A DNA stretch of 64,000 bases from Octopus sinensis (Eukaryota), in the NCBI RefSeq assembly GCF_006345805.1, contig NC_043003.1, positions 52,700,001-52,764,000 on the forward strand, in the 5' to 3' direction. Below the pieces are notes generated by a model. The model ran no database searches, had not been told where the DNA came from, and saw only the letters and a program-made list of their open reading frames with translations. The translations under genes were made by a program, and so were the position numbers. Positions 1 to 13,079 of the stretch are shown piece after piece (within the stretch, counting starts at the first letter, position 1; every line of letters starts with the position of its first letter).

Positions 1-688
1 CATTAAATATTATATATGAAGAAAATCTTCAGATCATACGTAAGAAAACTTTACTGGATTCCGTGGAAATTATCACTCAATCCTCTATTTCTTCATTTTT
101 CAACATCCTGTATGATGCACTTTTGTACGACTTTAGTGCATTAATGTCTTTAAGGATCTAGATAGCTTAGAGGATGATGGGATACAATCCTGCCAGGCTT
201 GTCTCTGCACATTCCTCACCACAAAGCCCACCCATAATCACAAATCTCTTGAGTGGTTCATCCAGTTGCTGTATTAAGTACTAAAGCACTAAAGGAAAAA
301 CAAAAACAAAAACAAAAAAAAAACAAAACAAAACAAAACAAAAGAAACAAAAACGCCTACAACTAAAATTTTCGCTCTTTATTTTAATACTGTGGTTGCG
401 CGCAAACCATTGTTCAAAATGCTATGTTGACAACCTACGCAGACACTCACCAATTTCAAGCGTGTATTATTTAAGATACTACTATGTACTCGAAATTTAC
501 TATGCATACCTTTTAAATTTTATTTCCTATAAAAAAAGACAGATCATCCTGCATATATTTTAACGTTATTACTTTTTTTTACATTTGTTTTACAGTGATT
601 CGTTTTGTATTTCAAGAGACCTTTTATGTGGCAACAAAGATAAATCTGACAAAAATACTCGACATTTATTTGATATTGATTCGATTAG

Positions 689-716
689 TAGTAATAAATA
701 AATAAATAAATGAATA

Positions 717-769
<53 letters not shown>
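689..769. repeat. (TAA)n microsatellite, left flank of the R4/Dong insertion
   Basis: Direct reading of aataaa/taa repeats. Confidence 0.95.
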
Positions 770-771
<2 letters not shown>

Positions 772-2005
772 GAAGGAGGCCGTGGTCTTTTGCAACTGGC
801 AATAACAATGAAGATTGCTACAATTGGCCTAGACACCTACCTGAAAAAGTCTGAGGACTGGATGTTAAAACTTGTCTCAAAACATGAAAACAAGAAAGCA
901 TCATACTCAGTAACAAAACAGGCAAAGGAATATCTAAGTGAATTCCGAATACAACCAACTTCGGTATTAGAGATAGACACACAAGAAACAAGCATAGAAA
1001 AAGCTAGGCGCATGAAAACCCGTGCCAAAACTGCGGCCTTAGATATTCTGAATAATAAATGGCAAGAAAAACCTCTCTATGGCAAATACCCAAAGAGAGC
1101 GAATAATGCAGATATTGACAAAGCCCTGACCCATCAATGGCTAATGGCCTCTGGCTTAAAATCTGAAACAGAGGGGTTTATCATAGCAGCTCAAGATCAA
1201 TGCCTACCAACAAGAAACTACCAGGCCAACATATTAAAGAACGGCAGTAGCCCAACATGTCGCGTATGCCGACAACAAAATGAAACCATTGATCATGTTG
1301 TCTCCAAATGCAGTCTTCTAGCGCCTACAGAGTACCTCAACAGGCATGATAGAGCTGTACAATATATTCACTGGGTAATTTGCAAAAAGCTGGATTTACC
1401 CCATGAAAAAAACTGGTGGGAACACAATCCACCTCCAGTGCTTGAAAATGACCACATCTCACTCCTCTGGAACTTCACCATTCAAACTGACAGAAAGATA
1501 GATGCAAATATGACAGACATCATATTGAAAGACTTCAGACAAAGAACATGTCTCCTCATTGATATGATTGTCCCAATCGATATAAACGTATCTGTCAAGA
1601 CCTACCAAAAACTGAGCAAATATAAAGATCTTGAAATAGAAATCAGCAAAATGTGGAAGCTGAAGACTAAAACAATACCTGTTGTCATAGGTGTCATGGG
1701 AATGATAGCGAAAGGGACTAATTGCTACCTAACTCAGATACCAGGAAACCCCAAAATGGCAGAAATTCAAAAGATAGTGCTCATGGGAACTGCTCATATC
1801 CTACGCAAAATACTCTCTATGTAATCCCAAGGTTTAAAACAAACTTTTTTTGTATTAGACATTCACTAGTACAACACCAAAAACCCCCCAAATATATGGC
1901 ACACTAGGCATAACAACAACGTTAACTTCCAACCTGTTGTCTCTTGAGGTCTCTGGGTGAGACTTGGAGCCAACTTGTACAGACATAAAACAAAAGTCAA
2001 ACATA
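770..2005 (+). mobile_element. 5'-truncated R4/Dong-clade non-LTR retrotransposon (restriction-like endonuclease type) with 3' UTR
   Basis: Reads KEGGRGL..., LKSETEGFIIAAQDQ, CCHC knuckle CRVC-x8-H-x4-C, RHD and IDMIVP..K..KYKDL, all typical of the R4 C-terminus. Bounded by (TAA)n on both sides. Confidence 0.9.
790..1824 (+). pseudogene. C-terminal fragment (zinc knuckle plus RLE endonuclease) of the R4/Dong polyprotein; RT domain absent
   Basis: 344-codon open frame with a non-ATG start. The expected endonuclease NRPD motif reads NMTD. Confidence 0.85.
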
Positions 2006-2016
2006 TAATAATAATA

Positions 2017-2088
<72 letters not shown>
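2006..2088. repeat. (TAA)n microsatellite
   Basis: Direct reading. Confidence 0.95.
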
Positions 2089-2090
<2 letters not shown>

Positions 2091-2645
2091 GCCCTGATGC
2101 AGTAGCAGGCAGTGGCTCTCGTGGTTTCTGATCATAACTGATTGGAAGTGTTATCATGTACATTGTTTTGTCTTGGTATAAAAGATGGGCTACAGCAAAT
2201 ATTCTGCTCAATACCACAGACTTGCTTGTCAGTTGTTTGACCATAACCAGTTGAGCATGTCCCTTAGTGGCTGACGATATGTGCATCTCTGATCACGAGC
2301 AGAAGTAGTGGGGGAGCATCATAGCCATGAGTTGAGAGGGATTATTTTGGGTTTGAATAATTCACCTCTGGAAACATGTTTGTTTCGTTCAACATCCTTA
2401 AACAACCCTTATTCAGGGACCTTTTGAGTGGGATGGGTTACTCGACCAGAAGAAAATTCTAACTGAGCCCCACCTGCAAGGTCATGTGCTGTTTATCTTG
2501 ATATGAGACCACCATGTCACGCACATATGATTGTGATGCATGTGCCTAGTGTACTCTTAGCAGACGGGTAGTCATGATGGGTATACTGGGCTTCGTATAT
2601 TTTATCCCAGTGTCACTTTGGTGGCATGCACTGCTCTCTCACTCA
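2089..2645 (-). mobile_element. Unclassified ~560-bp non-coding interspersed repeat bounded by (TAA/TTA)n arrays
   Basis: Sharp borders with TAA arrays on both sides. A diverged partial copy lies in the opposite orientation at ~54980-55150. Strand is tentative. Confidence 0.65.
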
Positions 2646-2672
2646 ATAATAATAATGATAATAATAATAATG

Positions 2673-2725
<53 letters not shown>
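2646..2725. repeat. (TAA)n microsatellite
   Basis: Direct reading. Confidence 0.95.
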
Positions 2726-2769
2726 CAACAGTTAAAAAATTAGATTTAATTTTGAAAACCTTGTATGCG

Positions 2770-2842
2770 CAAATGTTTTCCCTGTTTGCTATTCGTAAAG
2801 GAAGTGTGCACGCGCACATGCGCAAAGTTTAGAGGAACATTG
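2770..2842. mobile_element. Isolated terminus of a second hAT-like element
   Basis: Ends ...tttagaggaacattg (reverse complement caatgttcctctaaa, CAGTGTT-like) immediately before the same 8-bp site. Confidence 0.45.
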
Positions 2843-2850
2843 CCCTACGA

Positions 2851-3039
2851 CGGTACTCCGCAACCTTTTTTCACTTCTGGTATACTTATAGTCTTTTCAA
2901 AATTCAGCGGTACACCTCAACTAAGAATATAACTAAAAGTATAGGAGGGAAAAAACTTATATTTAGGTTACACTGCGGCACACCTAGCAGCGTCTCGTAG
3001 CACACTAGTGTGCCACAGCATACCAGTTGCGGAGCATTG
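2851..3039. mobile_element. hAT-type MITE, 189 bp
   Basis: Imperfect 14-bp TIRs cggtactccgcaac / gttgcggagcattg. Perfect 8-bp TSD ccctacga at 2843-2850 and 3040-3047. Confidence 0.85.
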
Positions 3040-3858
3040 CCCTACGACAACGGAAAAAAGTTACCTATCACCACTATGTGGGCGACACTGTAAGTTAACC
3101 AACTCAAAGCAAAGGATGCAGTTGCTCAGGAAGCAGACTTTCTTCCAAATTGTAGCCAGTTCTTCTGTCCTCTTCCCAACTTTTCAGAACACTCCTACTT
3201 ACCATACCTCAAACAGAATAGATTTATAAGCAGAGTCCAGTAAAGGCTTCCAAGTACGTATTCGCAAAGAGCGACAACTCCTCCAATTACTCCAGCCTGA
3301 CCGGCCTGACAGGGTCTGTTCCATAATTTCCATGCAATACACTTCACAACTGTCTCACCCTTACCAAACATATCCAAATTTCTTTTTTTACAAGGGTCTA
3401 CTGTTGGAAACATGGGGGCGCTCTTCTAAGTCTGCTAGATAACATTCTATAGTCTTTAGTTCCAATATATCGATGGCTCCACCAATCTCGATATCCGTCT
3501 CTGATATCATAGTTAAGATTGGTCTCGCATATTTCATGTTGTAATCTAAAAAGAATTATAAAAATAAATTGAACTTACACTTGTAATGAGAAGGAAAGTC
3601 GTTAACTCTAATGAAAATTCTTACAGCAGAAGGCATAGAAGAGAACTTCATTAAACGGAAGCATACAGTGGGAAGTGCGTCCGATTTTTTGTAATTTCGT
3701 TGACAACTGTATTGATGTTTCAGTCTTATAACACTTCTTCAGCAAATAGATTAACACGTACTAAGTAGATTTTAGGAAAACTGAGAGATTTAATGTGCAT
3801 TTACTAAGTTCCGGCTGTCACTTCTGACACATGCACATACCTGCACACACACACGTAT

Positions 3859-3890
<32 letters not shown>

Positions 3891-4104
3891 AGACACACAG
3901 ACACACAGACACACACACACACAGATAAGGAAACAGCCATGCCCTCACCCAATGTCACATACAAGTGAACAATAGAACTATAGGAGCCAAATTCTTACTA
4001 GGTCTCACAATCATATGCATGTACATAAACACGCACACATATTCATCGCATTACATCACGCACACACACATTTATATATGTATATATATGTATATATGTA
4101 TATA

Positions 4105-4158
<54 letters not shown>

Positions 4159-4699
4159 ATGTGTGTGTATATGTGCATACGTGTATGTGTATATATATAT
4201 ATAGCTATGGGTGTATGTATGTGCATATATATATATATATATAATGTGCATATATGCGTATGGGTTTAAGTACATAAATATGCGGGCCTATATAATAGTG
4301 CAGATAGACACGAATATGTATGTGTGTGTGCGTGCGTACATCAATATACACGTCTTTCTTTCTCTGTCTGCTTCTTCAGTCCCCACTATCACATTAGTTA
4401 GTACAATAAATACCTCCGAACACTTTTAGAAACTTGACCATTATATCTTTTTATTTTTCCCTTCCTTTTTGAGGTTTACTACTCACTTTAGGGAACCTTC
4501 TGTACCTATTTCTGTACCCATCTCTCTACCTTAGTGTCTTTCAAACATATCACTCCACCTCCCACTCCCCACACATATTCATTCCCTACATTCTTATCTC
4601 TTTCTATCCCTTCTTACTCCTCTCCCATCCCCCTCATAATACCTTGTCCACTAACTAACACTCCTTTTTTCACATTTTTCATTTTTTATTTTCTCTTCC

Positions 4700-4772
<73 letters not shown>

Positions 4773-4859
4773 ACCTATTCCTTTTGACCAGTCTCCTCAT
4801 TTTAACATACACATCTTTTCTCTTCTCTCTATCTGCTTAATACTACCACTACATTCTCA

Positions 4860-5290
4860 ATATTTCATTCACACCACAAGACCCCTTTGAATGAACAGCA
4901 CAGGGAATCTACGTCTCCACATTTTCCATTTGTAATGACTAAATATAAACTCCTTTCGAAACTTACATACCATGGACAAAAAGCATTTCCACCACTTCTA
5001 CACACCACTTTTCTTGGATAATGGACATGCAGCTACAACACCCTACATATATTTTTATTCTTACTTTTATTCTCTTATTTCCCTTCATACTCCTTATTTC
5101 CGTCCTTTTCCAAAATAACTCCTTATATTGAACTCTACCATTTCCCTCTATTTAACCATCTCACATCGTCTCTGATGAAGGGATATCCCTGATATCCCAG
5201 AAACAGCTGTAAGACTAACTTTCTCTTTATAAACATCCTGAAAATTCCACACAGCCTTGGTTTTGTTGTCTCATTTTATTTAACACACAC
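4860..5290 (+). mobile_element. Penelope-like element 3' end / pseudo-LTR remnant
   Basis: Carries a minimal hammerhead motif of the kind known from Penelope pLTRs. Weak FIHTTRPF similarity to the GIY-YIG C-terminal TLxPxGLN motif. Confidence 0.5.
5168..5215 (+). ncRNA. Minimal type I hammerhead ribozyme motif
   Basis: Stem I GTCT/AGAC, core CTGATGA, stem II GGGATAT/ATATCCC (loop CCCTG) with an unpaired A on each side, GAAA, palindromic stem III ACAGCTGT, GUA cleavage triplet. Confidence 0.75.
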
Positions 5291-6399
5291 AGACACATAA
5301 AGAGTGAAGAACTGTACAGAAAGATGACAAAGGAATCCACGAAAAAATCGCATATAAGACGTGGACATGCTCATCCTTCATCAGTTATTGGCCAAACAAC
5401 ATCACAATTTCGTGCCATTATCTATAGGATTGTTCATTTTCGTGGTGTCAGCACCAAAAAGCTGCTGGGAGAAGCGGGTGAATATAAACGAACAATAAAC
5501 GAGAACAGAACGGGAACAAGCTATAATGGAAAATGACATAAGTAGTTGGTAGATATACGAATATATACATATAAAGGCCTTTCGGTCATGAGATAGCATT
5601 AAGACGGGACATATATTCTGTTATTAACTGTGCTTCACTGACTAAGCTTTCTAATGCAAAGTTGTCTCACTGTTGACGGCCGGCAATTAATTCAGTTCTA
5701 ATCAATTGGTAATCCTCTATAAAACTCAGGTTTTTAAAGATATGCATTAAAGTACTGATCACATATGTATCTAGTACAACTCTGCTGATGCACATACGAA
5801 TGTACTAGACTACATTTGAAAGAAGGCCATTTAATTTATTCATCAACACGTTTAGGTTACTAGCTTGCAGACAGACTATCTTCTCTGTCTATTCTGCTGC
5901 TTTTGTGACGACTCATATACTTTGAATTAGCTAAATATATTCACCTTGCACCTAGGATCACCCGTCAGACTCTGTTCTTTTAGTTACATTTAATGTGTCT
6001 AACCCTTAAAATTCCCTCTTAGCATTCCTTTCTAGATCATTCTAGGAACAGCTGTAAGTATCATGAGGACAGTTTTTCCTATGCTTTACAGCAGTTCAGC
6101 TCATTTTAAATGTCATTAACGCTGAATACTTTATCAAACAAATATCTCGGCGAAGGTTACACTACTGCTAGCATTTTATATTTTATCGTTTGAAGTTTTT
6201 TTATACAATACATTCATCAGCAATAGCGACATATTTTATAGATTTCAAACAACCAGCCATTGGTTCACTGTATTGATGACAGTGACAACGGGGTGGTTGT
6301 GTAACTAAAGTATATTAAATATCACAAATTATTTTCGTTCGAAGTACTCATTTATTGCCAATACACACACACACACACACACACGTACGTTTGTATGTA

Positions 6400-7750
6400 T
6401 GAATGTGCATCTGTGCATACTTGAATTATTGGCCAATGTTATCTGAAGAATTGCTGAAGTCTAGAGCAGAATTCCTTCCCACCAATTTATAGATTTTTCG
6501 GGACCGTTCACTTCCTTCAGACCAACATATTACGAGAGTTGGTAAGGGATTGACTTTACTCTACCATCTTACCTCGATGTTCTTTTTGTAGTAAGGTATT
6601 TGCATCTTTGATTTGGCATGTAGCTTATCGTATATCTCTTCCATTGGGGACTACCAGAGGGTACACTCATCTTTCAGATAGGAGCATTTCTATCGTTGTA
6701 TTGTTTTCGTCAAACTCGTTAGCATGCTTGCGTTTAGAGAAGCTTACTGAAGCAGCGCCTGTTTTGTGGGCTGGCTACGTTGCGAATGCTCGTAACACTT
6801 TAAAGCCCTTTACTTTTGTATGTGTTCGACAGAACTATGAAAATTATCGAGGAATTTCTCTTCTCTCTGTTATAGGAAAGATGGCACTCAATGGCATTCA
6901 ATCCAAGACCAAGTGGCTGCAAATTTATATTCCTAACATTCTTCATTAATACTAAAAATGAATAACCATTCAAAGAAGATAGAAATCATATTTTTCTATT
7001 ACACCAGTATATTAACCTACGTTTAACTTACCCCATTTTTCTCATTCACATTCTAAAAGATAATAATTAAGAAGTTATCAATAACACTTCCCAACACCCC
7101 AAATATTCCATGATCTATAATACATTGTGACCACAGCTCAGTTGTGCAGCGAACTCACGGATTGGGAATCGTCTGTCTATATAAATCAGTTCGCCCATGA
7201 GGCGATTCGAGTCAGCAGTCGCAGTTGTTGATTATGGGTTTGTTGCTAGATGTAATATCCATGAAGTGCATCAGGAAGTGCCAGATATTGAATTCTTTCA
7301 TGGCGTACTCCAGGAAGATTTTGAGACTTGGGACAAAGCATACAACCTTGCGTTAGATGTACACTTACTTCAAACAAATATGACCATAGTACTCTTGGTA
7401 CTATTGTACAGCTCTTCCATAATTTTCCGTATCTTGAGGATCTTGTAGAATGTCCGGTTGCTTCTTGTATACATTTGAATCTACTCCAGGTCTATTTCCA
7501 GCCAGATATAAAAAATAAATGGGCTTTTGAATTCTAAGCTTTAAATACTAGCTCTAGATGGTGTGTAAGATCTTTTGCACTATGCAGTAGTTCACAATCA
7601 GTATAGCTTTCAGAATCAAGGTTTGATGCTAGGTTTCCAGTATCTATGTCCATATCTACATCACAGTGCACCTTTCTCATCTTCGCTCCAGTGATCAGTG
7701 TTAGTTCTTTCAGCTCTTCCAGTAGCTAATCTATAGCATGGAAACAATCA
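6400..7750 (-). mobile_element. Highly degenerate LINE (probably RTE) RT remnant; a small + strand RT fragment (NYRGISLLSVIGK) lies at ~6835-6880
   Basis: Minus strand gives IMEELYNSTKS and LTQGCMLCPK..NL (GVRQGCxLSP-like) with many stops. Confidence 0.45.
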
Positions 7751-7997
7751 TCTTGGTTTAGTAACGTTGGATTGCTTCACGGTCCGCTGCTAATAAAACA
7801 CTATATGACGACCATAGTTGATAGCAGTAGTGTAGACGGATAAAAAACAAATACCTTCACCGGCCCAACACCGTTTTCCAAATGATTTCAGAATCGATCA
7901 TATCGGTCATCAACAGTAGTGCTTGATTAAACGGGAACTCGTGTTATTTTCTGGCCATTTTTCTTGCATGTAATTTTGGTGTCACTAACCTTCAGAG

Positions 7998-8150
<153 letters not shown>

Positions 8151-8859
8151 AGTACCAGCGCTAACAAATAAAATCTTTTCTAAGAAATTTTAATTGATTT
8201 CATTTAGTGGTTTATCGGTTTAGAAATAAATCTACTGAAGTAAAAGAACCCATCTCTGATCCTGTTTATCTTTAGGGTAAAAACTAGCGAAACTCCATAT
8301 ATAAAATAAAAACTTACCAGCTTTGGAATGGCTTGATAACACAAAACGAATTGTAAATTCCTTCAGTTTGATATTGTCAATTTTTATCCCTCTGTTTCTA
8401 AACTATAACTACTTAGCTTTCACTTATACTATTACATCCATTACCGATTCAAATATTAATATCATTCAACATGCTAAGAAACTACTCTCTGCTATAGAAA
8501 ATACAGGCAGGGTAAAAAAAGAATAGAGGGAATTTGGTTGGGTTAAGTATGGGTTGGGTGGTTTTGAATGGGCGGCGATGTGTGAAACCATTGGTTATGA
8601 GAAAAGGTGGAAGAAAATTGCAAATATGTTGAGAGCGAATGAGCCAACTTGAGCGAGAGCATAAAGTTACCAAAAGTTCAGTGTTGGAACGTGGTCTGTG
8701 GGGTCATACCTGTACCTCACTTCTTTATTGTTTTTCCATTCGTTTTTCTCATATGCAATTATCATTAATTTTTAAATTTTGTGTCTCATGCTGTTGTACC
8801 ATCCGATCCCCGACACCTTGTCTGTCCTTGTGTTGTCATCTCTATGTTTTAACCTAAAA

Positions 8860-9363
8860 CCCATTACCTACCATGAGCCACATTTGGGGATCTGCTAAAA
8901 GCAGTCTCACCCTTTTCAGTGTATTGTTCATGTACATTACGTTTGCAGAGGTGTGTTTAACAATATTTAGCAGTTAAAGTTTGTCATTATCAGTTCTGGC
9001 TAACTCTAGAAGGCACTTTGTCATAAATCGCAATTTTTGAACTACCAAAATATTGACTGTTTTGAAAAAGTTTTTTTTTTTTTTTTTAGCATTTCCCATT
9101 TATATCATTCATTGATATTTCATACACATTCGCATTTGATACTCTAGTTTAAAAAAAACTTATATATTTATCATTGCAATTGTATAGAAAAGGATAAATT
9201 TGCTTTTTTTCAGCGATGCCCCATTTGGGACTTTTCTAAAAATTTATCATAATTTCCAAACTAACTCACATATGAAGAAAATTTAAATACCATATATCAT
9301 TTTAACTCCCAAGACACCTGGCAAAGCCAAAAATATAAATAAAAAAATTTGGCAGTTAATGGG
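8860..9363. mobile_element. piggyBac-like MITE, ~500 bp
   Basis: Ends cccattacctacc / ggcagttaatggg (11/13 inverted match). TTAA on the right; left target degenerate. Confidence 0.55.
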
Positions 9364-10509
9364 TTAATATGTTTTTGAATTTATTGCATAAAAGGTTCCT
9401 GATGCCAGATGAAATATAAACTGCCATAGACAGATTCAGGAAAGATATGTTAGTATTCAGTGAATTAGAATTAAAAGTCACTCTTAAGAACACCTTACAA
9501 AAGTAACATCTCTAGACATAACGTTAGATTTAGATGCTACCAATTTTTTCGCTTGTCATAAACTTAATGAGAAGTTCTTTTTTTAAATATGTATGTATTA
9601 ATAAGGGTTCTTATCATTAACCAAATATCCAACGTCGTTTCATCTTCAATGTAAGTAAATATATCATCACTATTCTTGAATACAGATACTTTTTCAAAAG
9701 ATTAGCATATCTCTTGCGAAGCATTCGGTGGTAGAGCCTGTTCAAATAGTCTATTTCCAGTCTTTTATCTCTCATAGGTGTGTGTGTGTGTGTGTCCTTA
9801 TACATGTATGCGCGCGTGTGTGATCTTTCATTGTCCAGTTTTTAGTTTAAAAGCTAGAATAAATATAGCCAAAGACTTTCTTAATAGCGAAAATAGTTGT
9901 CATAAAAGTTTCAATAGAATGTTATAAAAGTTTCTTTTGTTGCAAAAATTTCGGAAACTTCATAACTTCAATTAATGCTAAACACATGTCACAAAACAAC
10001 ACTACCATAACCGAGAGCAGGTTTAATTATAGAAACCTTGGTAACTGCTCGCTCAATGTAAAATATCATGTCTCTTCTTTGGTGTCCTGTGGCAAGGTCG
10101 AATTAAAAGTGAACTATGGCTCGTTGCCGAAATCTTACAGCAGATTAACGGAAACTACATTTAAAATACAATTTTACTGACACAAGCACTTGTTGGTCAA
10201 TCCGAGCGAATAATTTGCGGTTGGATTATGTATATCATTCATAAATATATTTAGAGATCAAGAAAAGTATTAACAAGTTGTACTGGGTATTCATGTTACC
10301 AGTAGTATTCAAGAGCAAGCGACCTGGCACTAAGGATGGAGGAACTCATGAGTGTCAATGGCTATCCAACATTGTTTACATATTGTTTAATTATGCATCA
10401 GGTCACTTGCCCTTGAGTACTTCTAGTGACAAGTTACCCAGTACAATTTGTTACATAGTTGGATCGTCGGGGATTATACTGGTAACTAAGCCTGCTAAGT
10501 TGATATTCT

Positions 10510-10594
10510 TATCTGTCTGTCTGTTTATCTGCCTGCCTGCCTGCCTGCCTACCTGCCTACCTACCTACCTAAACTTACCTACCTGCCTGCCTGC

Positions 10595-10686
<92 letters not shown>

Positions 10687-10741
10687 ATACCTACCCACCT
10701 TCCTACCTACCTACCTACCTACCTACCTACCTACCTACCTA

Positions 10742-10810
<69 letters not shown>

Positions 10811-10812
10811 CT
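10510..10812. repeat. Compound (CTGC/CTAC/CTAT)n tetranucleotide array
   Basis: Direct reading. Explains ORF 10278-11003. Confidence 0.95.
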
Positions 10813-12545
10813 TTTATATTTTGTATATTTCGTGTATATTTTGTATTTTGTATTCTAGCTTAATTGAAAAGCGCGGTTTACTCTCCAGTTTTATCTGCAC
10901 TTCGATAGTCAGGGATGAAGAGTGCTCAGTGAAGCATACGATGTTGTGTAAAACGATTGTAAGCAAACCTTTGATGGTTCATTTACGTGAAAGTTCTACT
11001 TGAGCTTTGGGGGCTGGGGGTACCAGGTATGTGTTGAAGTCAAAGAAAAAGTTCATAGCCTCTCCACAAAGGACTGCTGTGCGTGATTTCTTAGATCACA
11101 TTCTCCACGAGTTAGCCCTGACTAAAGACTGCGGATCCATGGGAGTAAACACTGACTATAAATCCTGCTTTTCTATGGGCAGCAGCGACTCTAGAGCCAT
11201 ATGTCAACAGATCGGCATCATGGCAAAGAGTACCGTGGTCTCGGGGAGGAACTTTATTGACAACTGGAGGGCACATCCACTCAAGTATGCTGAACATCTT
11301 GCTAAGAAGGAAACCAAATTTAATGCCAGTCACTGATAAGCTTTGCAGCATTCAAAAAGGGGATATGGTGCTGCACAAATCACTCAAAATATACTAATGC
11401 ACATGTTATCTTGAAAATGAATGATTACCATCTGAAAAATGAGTTGTTCTTCTTGAAAGTCCAATGGCAATAGAGGAGTGATAGCATATACAGTTTAACA
11501 GACTGAAAATATGTAGCTGCAAACCTGAACTTTGGCAATCTACTGCGTGTCATAATGTAATTTTCAATGGCGAAAAAAAGTAGAGACAACAGCTCGGCAG
11601 CGCATCTGACAATTAAGTAGACTGTTAAAGTTGGTTATTGAAATATTCGCACCTTACTTTCTTAGGATGTGAAAATAGGAGTGTTCTTTTAGCAGAGGAG
11701 TTAAAGAGATATGACATTCGTTGATGTCACAGCATGTCTTGCTAACGAAGGGCAGATCACCGAATTCAATGCAGGCTATACGTTCTTCTGGAAAGGGAAA
11801 GCAGAGAAAGAGGACAGGGGGAGTAGTGTAGGATTTGCTATAAAGACCAAGTTAGTTGAGAGGCTCGAAGAATTACCTTTTTGGCACATCTGATAGGACA
11901 ATAAGCCTTCGACTACCATTGGATAAAGGAAGATAAACCACTACAGTCAGTGTTTATGCTCTCACAATGTAACATTCTGAAAAGAGTATGCTACTGTTCG
12001 AGGCTGATCTGAGAAAGTTGTTATCTGGTACTCACAAGGATAACAAGATATTTCTAATGAGAGACTTTAATGCTAGAGTAGGAACTGAGCGAAATATTTG
12101 GCATTGCCTGGGAAAATATTGTTTTCGTAAAACCAACAGCAATGGACTGCATCTCCTACAATTATGCAATGCGTATAATCTGACCATCAGCAACACGTTT
12201 TTCGTCAAAAAAGCAAGTACAAAGAGATATGGATGCATCCGTGTTCTGAGCATATGATTGACTATATTGTTACTAAAAAGCGTGATCTACAGGATATAGA
12301 AACAATGAAAATCATGAGTGGTATTGAGTACGGGACTGATCATCAATTAGTTAGAGTCAATGTTTTGGCTTAAGAAGCAGTCTTAGTTTCAACGCAAAAC
12401 AACTATACACAGAAAGCTTGTTGTGGACGAACTTCAGTGAAAAAAAAAACCAAAAGAAAACTCAAGATGTGTTGAAAGTAGTCATTGAAAGGTGAATATT
12501 TGGGAGAGTTTCAAGAAAAAGATAGACAAAAGATAGAAAAAGATA

Positions 12546-12947
12546 GGCGCAGGAGTGGCTGTGTGATAAGTAGCTTGCTTACCAACCACATGGTTCTGGG
12601 TTCAGTCCTACTGCATGGCACCTTGGGCAAGTGTCTTCTACTATAGCCTCGGGCCGACCAAGGCCTTGTGAGTGGATTTGGTAGACGGAAACTGAAAGAA
12701 GCCCGTCGTATATATGTATATATATACGTTTGTGTGTATATATTTGTGTGTCTCCGTTTGTCCCCCAACATCGCTTGACAACCAATGGCGGTGTGTTTAC
12801 GTCCCCGTAACTTAGTGGTTCGGCAAAAAGAGACCGATAGAATAAGTACTAGGGTTCTAAAAAATAGGTCCTGGTGTTGATTTGCTCGACTAAAGGCGGT
12901 GCTCCAGCATGGCCGCAGTCAAATGATTGAAACAAGTAAAGAGTAAA
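12546..12947 (+). mobile_element. tRNA-derived SINE family A, full length
   Basis: Head with A-box tggctgtgtg and B-box ggttcagtcc, central (TA/TG) tract, tail ggcggtgctccagcatggccgcagtc..gaaacaagtaaagag. At least nine related copies in the window. Confidence 0.9.
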
Positions 12948-13079
12948 GCGTAACACATCTAAAGAAATTCTGGACATTAAAAACCGGAAACAAGACTAGT
13001 CCTATGAGAATGATTTGCAAACTGCTGGAGAGAAAACAAATACTACAAGAAGAGACACTACTTCCAAATTTATCTTCAA

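Noticed and set aside
3195-3560. Possible minus-strand exon (good acceptor near 3548, GTAAGT donor near 3200)
   Set aside because: All three frames contain stops and no product is recognisable; more likely a decayed element.
10278-11003. 241-aa ORF
   Set aside because: The open frame is produced by the CTAT/CTAC microsatellite (YLSI/YLPT repeats).
12511-12785. Recurring ORFs RRASFSFRLPNPLTR.. and ..PEAIVEDTCP.. (also at 17.9, 25.8, 29.8 and 48.5 kb), which look like a gene family
   Set aside because: They are chance frames through SINE family A copies.
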